A DNA stretch of 64,000 nt from an uncultured Candidatus Binatia bacterium (lineage in GTDB: Bacteria > Desulfobacterota > Binatia > UBA9968 > JAJDTQ01). The notes beneath the pieces were generated by a model that saw nothing but the letters and a program-made list of their open reading frames with translations, had not been told where the DNA came from and ran no database searches. Position 1 is the stretch's first letter, and each line of letters starts with the position of its first letter. Shown here piece by piece: positions 18,514 to 26,324 of this stretch. The DNA lies in the NCBI GenBank assembly GCA_965214905.1, contig OZ243984.1, positions 2,518,003 through 2,582,002 on the forward strand. The letters run 5' to 3'. The position numbers and the translations under genes are program-made.

Positions 18514-19292
18514 CTTCGGCCGCTTGCCTCTCTAAACTTGGCCAGTAGATCCGTGCAGTCTCCGTTAAGCTGTCGCAGTTGTCGGCTCAAGGCCAAGGTC
18601 TGCAGGCCGCCGACGGCTTTCAGGACTATGGTATCTTCCGAGTGAAATCCACACCGGTTGGTTAGCCAAGTTTCGTTCAAGGCACGGGATAGACTGTTTA
18701 GTCCTACACAGAATTCCTCGAATTGATCCGTGGTTTCAGTAAGCAAGGGGATGCCTTTGTGAATTTCGGCGTTCATTCTCCAGGCGCTATCAATAAGAAC
18801 CGGCAGAGGCCGCACACCCGGCGCAATCGGATGGACGCCCAACCCTAAACAAGCGGCAAGCCCGCTTTCCTCAAAGGAAGTACTGGACATAAACGCAGGC
18901 AACACCTCTCGCATCAGTAGGGTAGGGTTAAAGGCCAGGTAATCCAGAATCTTGGCGAAGAAAATGACTATCTCATTTTTCTCCGTGGGATTTGCGGGGC
19001 GGTTTTTGATCTCCACAACGGCGACCAGATCCGAGGTTTGCGCCACGATGTCAACTTCGTGATGAACGCCAGACGCCGTGTCCAGCCCCTCCCCAAGCCA
19101 CATTTCTCGCTCTTGGGAGATTGTCCAATCCGAGAGGTTTTTCACACAGCTTTCCCGAAAGCGCATCTCGAACCCTTGGTCGCCCGTCGGTTCCCGGTTG
19201 ATATGTTGCCATTCCGAGTTGACGAACAAGTAACAGCGCTTCAAAAACTTAAGTGCCGTATCGGGAAGATAACTATCTTTCTGGATGTCCAC
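18510..19292 (-). CDS. hypothetical protein with PD-(D/E)xK nuclease-like motif (…HHEVDIVAQ…VAVVEIKN…)
   Basis: The product is 260 aa. A D…ExK motif sits on predicted beta-strands. It is the first gene of a three-gene low-G+C cassette at the trailer end of the CRISPR array. Confidence 0.45.
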   Translation of the reverse strand: MDIQKDSYLPDTALKFLKRCYLFVNSEWQHINREPTGDQGFEMRFRESCVKNLSDWTISQEREMWLGEGLDTASGVHHEVDIVAQTSDLVAVVEIKNRPANPTEKNEIVIFFAKILDYLAFNPTLLMREVLPAFMSSTSFEESGLAACLGLGVHPIAPGVRPLPVLIDSAWRMNAEIHKGIPLLTETTDQFEEFCVGLNSLSRALNETWLTNRCGFHSEDTIVLKAVGGLQTLALSRQLRQLNGDCTDLLAKFREASGRR

Positions 19293-19768
19293 TTGGAGAT
19301 CCCCTCATTTTTGGATCAGATGACACCGAAGATTTCACGGTACCGGGGTTGCTCCATCAGCATGTGGGCAAACTTCTCGACCAGTGGACGGAGTCGGTGC
19401 TCGGGCCAGTTCGGAATAGGCTCGTAGAGCATCGACCCTTGGCGAAATAGCGAGTGCGTGCGGCTCTTGACCGTGCTCGCCTTCAGCCACCGGTCATGGC
19501 CCAAGCTCTCGCCCGCTGCACCGAGCAACGTTAGCAAGGCAATCGACAGCGCGCTGAGAAGCAGCATGCGGTCGCGGCGCTGCGGCGCGCAAATCGCTCT
19601 GGAACCGGCTTGCGTCACCCGGAAGGGCCTACACCGACAGGACGCGAAATGTTCAGAATACAAATCGACGTTATATTCAGTAAGTTACGCATCTATTCTA
19701 AAGAAAATTATGAGGGGACCCCTAATATCGGGCTGCTGATCTGAAATTCTACAGCCAATATAACAGAA

Positions 19769-20232
19769 GTTCAATGTAGTCGATGGGTAGCGGGGGAGAG
19801 CGCTCGCACCCGGGCCTGAAGCCTCGCGACGGCCCCGTTTCAATCCGCTCCCCCCGCCGAAGCGGGGGGAGACACGGCGCCGCAGGCGGAAACGACGCCG
19901 GCAGAGACGTTTCAATCCGCTCCCCCCGCCGAAGCGGGGGGAGACACGGAGGCGGAGTGGGAGCGGCAGTTCGGGGCCGGGTTTCAATCCGCTCCCCCCG
20001 CCGAAGCGGGGGGAGACATCGAGGGTGACGTGTCGCTCTCGATGGAAGATCTGTTTCAATCCGCTCCCCCCGCCGAAGCGGGGGGAGACTGTTTTGGGTG
20101 GGTGCGGTTGGATGCCGGAAGTAGTTTCAATCCGCTCCCCCCGCCGAAGCGGGGGGAGACCGGTGATTACGGCGGTTACCGGGAAGCCGGGGTCGGTTTC
20201 AATCCGCTCCCCCCGCCGAAGCGGGGGGAGAC
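19769..20232 (-). CRISPR. CRISPR array, 37-bp repeat (minus-strand read: gtctccccccgcttcggcggggggagcggattgaaac), 7 repeats (trailer-most degenerate), 6 spacers of 34-35 bp
   Basis: Perfect repeats lie at 19837, 19909, 19981, 20053, 20124 and 20196. A degenerate repeat lies at 19769-19801. The repeat contains a 10-bp palindromic stem and ends …ATTGAAAC in the cas-gene orientation, as is typical for type I-C. An AT-rich leader sits on the cas2 side. Confidence 0.95.
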
Positions 20233-20413
20233 CCCACCCATTATAACTGGCAATATATCAAAAGGTTAGGTGTCCGGATGCGCGATCCGAGGAGATTGGG
20301 CGTCAGAGGACTCCTGTTCGATTGTCATGGAATGCAGTGATGCACTGTTATACAAGTCTTTACGAGTCGCGCGAAAGCAATGGCGAAACTCCCGCGCTGC
20401 ACGTTCGCGCAAG
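20233..20413 (-). promoter_or_regulatory. CRISPR leader (AT-rich) between cas2 and first repeat
   Basis: The sequence reads cccacccattataactggcaatatatcaaaaggttagg…. It is AT-rich relative to the locus and sits adjacent to the newest repeat. Confidence 0.6.
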
Positions 20414-20704
20414 CTACAAGATCAGCGGATCGTTCAAATTCACGGGCTCTTTTACCCCGTAGTGTTCCGTACTGTCCTTGACGTCTTCATCCAGATGATA
20501 GACTCTCAGGGAGTCCTGCTCGGGGTCGATCTCGTCCAGCAGGCGATTTTTGAGCGTAGCCCATTCGGTTCTTCCGACTTGACATTCAAAAACCGACTTT
20601 TGCACCCGGACCCCATAATCCTCGCACGCCCTTGCCACACGTCGGAGGCGTTTCTGCCCTACCTTGTCAGCGGTGGAGACGTCATAGGCGATCAGAATGA
20701 ACAT
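20414..20704 (-). CDS. cas2: CRISPR-associated endoribonuclease Cas2
   Basis: The product reads MFILIAYDVSTADKVGQKRLRRVARACEDYGVRVQKSVFECQV…, a classic Cas2 N-terminus. It begins 4 nt after the cas1 stop. Confidence 0.9.
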   Translation of the reverse strand: MFILIAYDVSTADKVGQKRLRRVARACEDYGVRVQKSVFECQVGRTEWATLKNRLLDEIDPEQDSLRVYHLDEDVKDSTEHYGVKEPVNLNDPLIL

Positions 20705-20708
20705 GGCG

Positions 20709-21788
20709 TTACTTGGGAATGAACGGGATATAATCGGGAATGTCGCCACGAAGCGTTCGGGCCAACAGCTTGGCCTGGATGCTGAACACCTGCCCGAGGC
20801 GGATGTTCCCCTTGAACAGAGCGTGCTTTATTTCCGTTTGCTTGCGACGCTGCCAGGTTTGGATAACTTCTTTTCTGCCTCGGTCGGTAAATTCCACTAC
20901 GCCTCCTTCTCGCTCTCGAAAGTGCCTGGGCTCGATTTGACGCCGGTTGATCAGGGTCAACGCCAATCGCTCCGCCAGACAGGGCCGGAACTCTTCCATC
21001 AGATCGAGGGCGCAGGCGGGCCTGCCCGCCCGCGTCGTATGGAGCCAGCCGACGTATGGGTCCAGTCCGGCGGTTGTCAATGCGGCCAGGCAATCGTGGC
21101 GGACCAGTGCATAGATGAAAGACAGCAGGCAGTTGATCCTGTCTCGTGGCGGCCGCCGGGTGCGGGTGAAGAATCGGAAGTCATTCCGTTGTTGCTTGAG
21201 CATGTGTTCGAACACGGAGAAATATACTTTGGCTCCGATGCCCTCCAGTCCCCGGATCGGGTCCAGCGTCGCCCGAAGGCTGGCACTTTGGTCGACCGGT
21301 GGGGCGTTTCCAGGCATGGACTTGGCCGCAAGTTGACGAATCAGTCGGGCAAGCTCGACCGCGGCGCCAGCCAATGCCACATGGTCCGATTCCTCATCCG
21401 CTTCCCGGGCGGACCGTAAGAGGTTGGAGCGCGAGTTTTGCAGCTTCCCGGCGACGATTTGCCGCGCGATGCGGGCCGCCTCCACGGGACTGTCAGCCGC
21501 CGCGTACTGAGCACGGCGCAGCAAGTAGCGCGTGTCGCCACTTCCCATCACCTGAGCCAGCAGGTAGCCGTTCTCCGTGTGGTAGTGGATCGCAACCTGA
21601 TGCTCCCAGCACAGGGCCATGGCGGGGGGCGTCACGACGACCTGTCCGAAGGCGCAGACGCTTTCCAGATGGTGGATCGGCAGGGTCAGGCGGGTTTGCT
21701 TTTCGACCTCGACCCGGAGCGTCAGATGATCCCGATGCACCACGGTTCCCGGCGTGGTCAGGTAGAGAGTGTTTTGAACGACGGCCAT
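20709..21788 (-). CDS. cas1: CRISPR-associated endonuclease Cas1 (type I-C-like)
   Basis: The 359-aa product begins MAVVQNTLYLTTPGTVVHRDHLTLRVE… and contains conserved Cas1 acidic and His residues. Confidence 0.9.
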   Translation of the reverse strand: MAVVQNTLYLTTPGTVVHRDHLTLRVEVEKQTRLTLPIHHLESVCAFGQVVVTPPAMALCWEHQVAIHYHTENGYLLAQVMGSGDTRYLLRRAQYAAADSPVEAARIARQIVAGKLQNSRSNLLRSAREADEESDHVALAGAAVELARLIRQLAAKSMPGNAPPVDQSASLRATLDPIRGLEGIGAKVYFSVFEHMLKQQRNDFRFFTRTRRPPRDRINCLLSFIYALVRHDCLAALTTAGLDPYVGWLHTTRAGRPACALDLMEEFRPCLAERLALTLINRRQIEPRHFREREGGVVEFTDRGRKEVIQTWQRRKQTEIKHALFKGNIRLGQVFSIQAKLLARTLRGDIPDYIPFIPK

Positions 21789-21829
21789 GGGGTGTCACGG
21801 GTCCGTGCAGGCCGTAAAGCCGCTGATCG

Positions 21830-22480
21830 CTACTCCCCGGTTTCGAACACTCCCCGAGAGAGCCGCGCCAGCATGGGTGGAGCGCTGGTGATCTCTGGAA
21901 GGCAGTGGTCGAAAAGTGAACATTCCGAACATTGGGGCTTGTGGATCGCTTTAGGGACCGTTTCCTGTTCGATGAGCCGGTGCACGGCTTCAATGGCCTG
22001 CTCGGTGAGGCACCGCAGTTCTTGGGTAAATTCCACCTCTCGGCGGCGCTTGCTCTTGGCGTGGAAGATGGCGCCTCTCGAAACCTCGATCCCGAACATT
22101 TCTTCCAGGCACAGAGCCTGGGCGCAAAGCTGGGCGTCGTCGTTGTCGAACTTGCGGCGTTTGCCTTTCTTGAACTCAACCGGGGTCAGCGAGCCATCGG
22201 AACGACGTTCGACAATGTCGCACTTGCCGCTGAGCCCGAGTCGGTCCGACCACACGGGCAAGGCACGCAACAGGGTCACACCCCTGACGGTTTCATAGCC
22301 GGAAGTATCGGTCTGTTCGTGAACGCTATCGCCGATAACCGTGTGCTCGTTGGCATCTCGCCATCCTTCGACTGCCTTCAACGCTGCCCTGCGATGGCAG
22401 TAGAGGAAATCGTTGATGAGCGAGAGGGGAAACATCTCCCGCTCGACAGTGTCTGAAGAGCCGTCGGGGCAACGCTGCAT
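21830..22480 (-). CDS. cas4: CRISPR-associated exonuclease Cas4 (RecB-like nuclease with C-terminal Cys cluster)
   Basis: The product reads …FLYCHRRAALKAVEGW… and carries a C-terminal CSECSLFDHC Fe-S Cys motif. An alternative start exists at 22435. Confidence 0.85.
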   Translation of the reverse strand: MQRCPDGSSDTVEREMFPLSLINDFLYCHRRAALKAVEGWRDANEHTVIGDSVHEQTDTSGYETVRGVTLLRALPVWSDRLGLSGKCDIVERRSDGSLTPVEFKKGKRRKFDNDDAQLCAQALCLEEMFGIEVSRGAIFHAKSKRRREVEFTQELRCLTEQAIEAVHRLIEQETVPKAIHKPQCSECSLFDHCLPEITSAPPMLARLSRGVFETGE

Positions 22481-22481
22481 T

Positions 22482-22886
22482 CTATTTTGCGGTTTTACCG
22501 GCGTCGAACCGCATTCTTCTGCCGGCCTTTAACAGAACAGCCGGCAATCGCTTCAGTTCCTCACTGCGTGGGTCCACCTCGAACCCACCGGATTCCAGGG
22601 CGGTAACGCCAAGTAACGGCTCCACCCCCTCATCGCCGTACACGACGGTCCCGCCAACGACTTCTCCTTGAAACTCGATCTCGGCGATGGTGATGTCCAA
22701 GGCGACGGACTTGCCATCCGCAAGCACGTACTCTCGGCGGCCTCTCGGTTCAAGCCCGATTGCTTCGAGGCAGGCTCTCGGTACAAGCGAGTCGAACGCA
22801 CCGGTACCAACTAGAAACTTGCTGGTCCAGCTCCGGCTCGGGTTCGCGGGATTGCGGATCGTGACATCAACGTAAGTCGCGCCCAT
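22482..22886 (-). CDS. hypothetical small protein, retropepsin-like (clan AA aspartyl-protease-like) fold candidate, translationally coupled to cas4
   Basis: The product is 134 aa: FLVGTGAFDSLVPRACLEAIGL…ADGKSV…LLGVTALESGGFEVDP. This resembles retropepsin-like domains, but with GTGA in place of DTGA. Its stop (22482-22484) lies 1 nt from the cas4 ATG (22478-22480). Confidence 0.45.
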   Translation of the reverse strand: MGATYVDVTIRNPANPSRSWTSKFLVGTGAFDSLVPRACLEAIGLEPRGRREYVLADGKSVALDITIAEIEFQGEVVGGTVVYGDEGVEPLLGVTALESGGFEVDPRSEELKRLPAVLLKAGRRMRFDAGKTAK

Positions 22887-23042
22887 TCTGGTTCCCTTCG
22901 GGTTGGTTACGGCTTCACCGAACCCCGTTGCGGTTGCAATCGCATTCTACGCCGACCTGAAATGACCGGAGAAAGGGTTGCTGAAACAGAACGAGGCAGC
23001 ATCGGGATCAGCGATACTTGGCCTTGAAATTCCAGATCAGCG

Positions 23043-25391
23043 TTACAGAATGATCCCTCCGTCACGCTGCGACTCCAGCAAGGGGAGCAGGCCCTTCCAG
23101 TAACCAAGAAACTCGTCGTAGCAGTTTGGTTGAATGCCTACCAACTCACTGTCACGACTCAGTGGTCGGGTGACGGGCAGATCGTTCTGTCTGGTTTTCC
23201 AGACCTGCACGCTATGACGCATGATTTCTGCGGGCGACGGAAACTCCTTGGGATCCCTCGCTTGAAATCGCTCTATCAAGTCCTGACTGACAAGCACCGT
23301 GAGTGTATCCTCGGCGATGATCCGGCAGCGGTTGGCAACTTCGGGATAGTCCCCATCTTCTTCGGCTTCAATGATATGCTGAGCCCCGATCTCGGTCCCG
23401 CCAAAACCCGAAATGACTTCTCGACGCAAGGCTTCGGTGCAGTGTTGCGGACTAAGAAGTTCGCCGTGTTCGATAAACATCTTGTCAAGCACCTTTCGCG
23501 AACTTTTGAACCCGGGGTGCAGGTTCAGAAAACCGGATTCGTCGTGTGCGAAATCCCATACCTCCGCTTGAGTGTATTCGCCGTTTCGATTGACCCGTCC
23601 GGCGACCTGGAGAAGGCTGGTCAGGCTGCAGCGTTCACGAAAGGCGGTACGAAAGGAAAAGTCCACCCCGGCTTCTATGCAACTCGTGGCTACCAGGATC
23701 CAGTCCCTGTCGCCTCTATTGCCGAGACGCTGCCTGATTCGGGAAACAATTGCCGATCGATGCGCAGGACAGATTGCCGTAGAGAGATGCTCTACTCGTG
23801 AGTCTGTCTCGCCCGTCCATTCACGACCTGGATAGAATCGACTCCACAGAAATTTGGCCAGGACAGCGGCAGATTGCACCGTGTTCAGAATTATCAACCG
23901 AGGCCCTGGTTTGTCCTTCTCAAGAACAAAGTCCGCCAACTTTTCGAGGGTCAACCGATCGTCGTGCCTCTTGAGAGATACCCGGTGGCCTTCGGAAGCG
24001 TCGGCCTGATCCTTCGATTCCCCAACGACGAGTGGAGGTACGGAGGGCCGTCGCTCAACCGGAACGAAGTCCTCCAGTTCCCAAAAACGTGGCAGCGAAC
24101 CACTGGCGAGGACGACGTGGCAGTTCCAGTCCTCGCATAGTTCTTGCAGCCAACGCCAGTGCTGAGGCCACAGCGGCGCCGGCACGGCTGCGTGTGCTTC
24201 GTCTACGAAGACTGCTGAACCCGGTACTTGATGGAGCTTGCGGAGCGCAGCGGTCCGATTCGCGGCGAGCGTCTCGAAAAACTGCACCGCCGTGGTCACG
24301 ACGATTGGCGCTTCCCAACGCTGCGCCAACTGCCGCAACTCTCTCCATTGTTCACCGCTGAACTCGACTCTGTGATGGTGAGCGGCAACCACCGATTCAG
24401 GGTCTTCACCGGGCAACACCAATGCCTTGCGATAAACGTCAACAGATTGATCGATGATGTTGGTGAACGGCAGGACCACGAACACCCGGCGCAAGCCGCG
24501 TTTATCAGCGACCCGCAGGAGATGTGCCATTACGGCAGAGGTCTTGCCGGTTCCGACCGGACTTTCACAGGCGACCATCCGTTCGCCGTTCTCAAGTTCC
24601 CGGTCGCGACAGGCTCGGTAGACGCTCTGTCGCAACCGAAGCCGTGTCGTCTCCGCTGGGGACGTGCTGGATTGGTTGCGTCCGAGGTTTTCTACGTAGC
24701 GGTCCAAGGCTTGTAAACGTTCGGCAGCTCTCAGTAGGGCGCCGTCCAACTCCCGCTCTTCCCGATAATGTTGCGCGGTGTCGCTATGATCTCCGTCCAC
24801 AAGACAGGATAGGGCTAGGCGACGGACCAAGCCGGTAAAGCAAGGTCGGGGATCGCCGGCGGGAGGGGGTTTGACGGGTTTGACGACATCGGCATGTTGA
24901 TGGAGATAGCCGTCAAGCAGTTTGTCCGTTCTCTCCCAGGACACTGCGTCCATGCCGTTCAGCTCTTTTCCGTCACGCAAGAAGAGGGATCGTTCTGTTC
25001 CTTCGTCATCAAATTTTGCTTTTGCTCTCTCCTTAGGCAGTGACGGCAAGCCAATGTGATGGCTGAAGCAGCATATCGCCGCTTCACCCAGCTTCCGCTT
25101 CAGCAGGTGAGCGGTGCCTGCCTCGACATGATTGAAACCTTCCTCATTGGGGCGGTTGCGGTACAGAATGTCCTGGAAGATTTCGTCCAACTTGCCGAGA
25201 TCGTGATAAGTGGCGGCCAATTCCACCACCGCCTGAAAAAATTCCCGCTCTGAATATGTCACCGCCGCTTCGCGAGCAAACTTGGCTGCAAGGCGGCGTA
25301 CGTTGGCTACATGTTCACGGTAGCTCTGCCCCGGTGAGCCTCGTCGGGCACTATGGGCCAGAGCGGAATGGTTGGAGGACGACATGCTCAT
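23043..25391 (-). CDS. cas3: CRISPR-associated helicase/nuclease Cas3 (HD domain + SF2 helicase)
   Basis: The 782-aa product has an N-terminal HD motif (…TYHDLGKLDE…) and a VFVDEAH DExH box. Its start overlaps the cas7 stop (TAATG). Confidence 0.9.
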   Translation of the reverse strand: MSMSSSNHSALAHSARRGSPGQSYREHVANVRRLAAKFAREAAVTYSEREFFQAVVELAATYHDLGKLDEIFQDILYRNRPNEEGFNHVEAGTAHLLKRKLGEAAICCFSHHIGLPSLPKERAKAKFDDEGTERSLFLRDGKELNGMDAVSWERTDKLLDGYLHQHADVVKPVKPPPAGDPRPCFTGLVRRLALSCLVDGDHSDTAQHYREERELDGALLRAAERLQALDRYVENLGRNQSSTSPAETTRLRLRQSVYRACRDRELENGERMVACESPVGTGKTSAVMAHLLRVADKRGLRRVFVVLPFTNIIDQSVDVYRKALVLPGEDPESVVAAHHHRVEFSGEQWRELRQLAQRWEAPIVVTTAVQFFETLAANRTAALRKLHQVPGSAVFVDEAHAAVPAPLWPQHWRWLQELCEDWNCHVVLASGSLPRFWELEDFVPVERRPSVPPLVVGESKDQADASEGHRVSLKRHDDRLTLEKLADFVLEKDKPGPRLIILNTVQSAAVLAKFLWSRFYPGREWTGETDSRVEHLSTAICPAHRSAIVSRIRQRLGNRGDRDWILVATSCIEAGVDFSFRTAFRERCSLTSLLQVAGRVNRNGEYTQAEVWDFAHDESGFLNLHPGFKSSRKVLDKMFIEHGELLSPQHCTEALRREVISGFGGTEIGAQHIIEAEEDGDYPEVANRCRIIAEDTLTVLVSQDLIERFQARDPKEFPSPAEIMRHSVQVWKTRQNDLPVTRPLSRDSELVGIQPNCYDEFLGYWKGLLPLLESQRDGGIIL

Positions 25392-26320
25392 TAGCCATCG
25401 AGCGCATAGTCTTGGTACTTGCCGCAGTTCGAGAATGTTCTACTGGACCCGAATCGGACAGGGTTGTCCTTGATTGCGTCCCATGTCGGAATTTCGTAGT
25501 CGTCCAGCGATTCGGAGGGCTTGTCCATCGCCGTCTTCTTGCGAGGCGTCAGGGCATCCAACAGGGCGAAATCGGACAACGAACCGCGTCGCTCATTGTG
25601 GGTGAAGACGTGAGCGTGAATGATCTCAACCATTGTTCGGACAACGGAGCGGGTGTGCGGATAAGCCAGAGGCAAAAGCTCAAGCATCAGCTTAACGTCG
25701 GTCTCCGTGCATCCCGTCTTGTGGGCCAAACCGGGATTGACAAAGAAAGGAACCGTATAAACTCCATGTTTGACGACGCGAAACGCCATGGGCGCCATGC
25801 CGCGGTCCTTGCCTGTTTCAACGCCTGATTTGCTCGTCCATGTTGAATACTCGATGTCTATCGGAGCCACGGAAACGCCGACACCAAAGTGTGCCACCCC
25901 GGTACGGATTGTGTCTCCACTGCCTTCTTCGAGGAAGGTGTTCCCAAACAGGCGTCCGTCCCAATAGGCTTCCTTGAACCCTTGAGAAAGTCGATGGTTA
26001 CCTTCCTTTTCCATGAGCTTGCGAATTTCTTCGCGGTTTCGCCCTCGCTGCTCGAGAATCTTAAATTCGTCGTCCGCCTGAATCTCCAACTTTTCTTTGA
26101 CTTCCTGCCACACCACGCCCTCCTTTTCCAGAACAAGATCGCGGAGCTTCCGTTTGAAAGACACCGGCGAGATCTCGCCCTTACCGTCCGGGCGCTGGCG
26201 AGGGGAGCCTTCGCGCTCGGGGTCGCCGTTGGGGTTGGATTTCCGTACCTCGATCACAAGCAGGCCAGTGATGCGAGGGACTTGCGTTTCGGTCCTGGTA
26301 CCGTGTTCCTGTGTGGACAT
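25391..26320 (-). CDS. cas7: Cas7 (Csd2/Cas7c family, type I-C)
   Basis: The product reads MSTQEHGTRTETQVPRITGLLVIEVRKSNPNGDPEREGSPRQ…PVSFKRKLRDLV, matching the Csd2 N-terminal signature NPNGDP…. Confidence 0.8.
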   Translation of the reverse strand: MSTQEHGTRTETQVPRITGLLVIEVRKSNPNGDPEREGSPRQRPDGKGEISPVSFKRKLRDLVLEKEGVVWQEVKEKLEIQADDEFKILEQRGRNREEIRKLMEKEGNHRLSQGFKEAYWDGRLFGNTFLEEGSGDTIRTGVAHFGVGVSVAPIDIEYSTWTSKSGVETGKDRGMAPMAFRVVKHGVYTVPFFVNPGLAHKTGCTETDVKLMLELLPLAYPHTRSVVRTMVEIIHAHVFTHNERRGSLSDFALLDALTPRKKTAMDKPSESLDDYEIPTWDAIKDNPVRFGSSRTFSNCGKYQDYALDG

Positions 26321-26324
26321 AGGG

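Noticed and set aside
19316-19663. 115-aa minus-strand ORF between the unknown cassette and the CRISPR trailer.
   Set aside because: It has no recognisable motifs and lies in decaying array and trailer sequence. There is insufficient support to call it a gene. The plus-strand 19253-19450 ORF is equally unsupported.
19685-20269. ORFs (minus 19685-20059; plus 19783-20028, 20025-20246, 20030-20269) overlapping the CRISPR array.
   Set aside because: Their reiterated peptide sequences (SPRFGGGSGLK / SIRSPRRSGGRH) are translations of the 37-bp repeat, so they are not genes.
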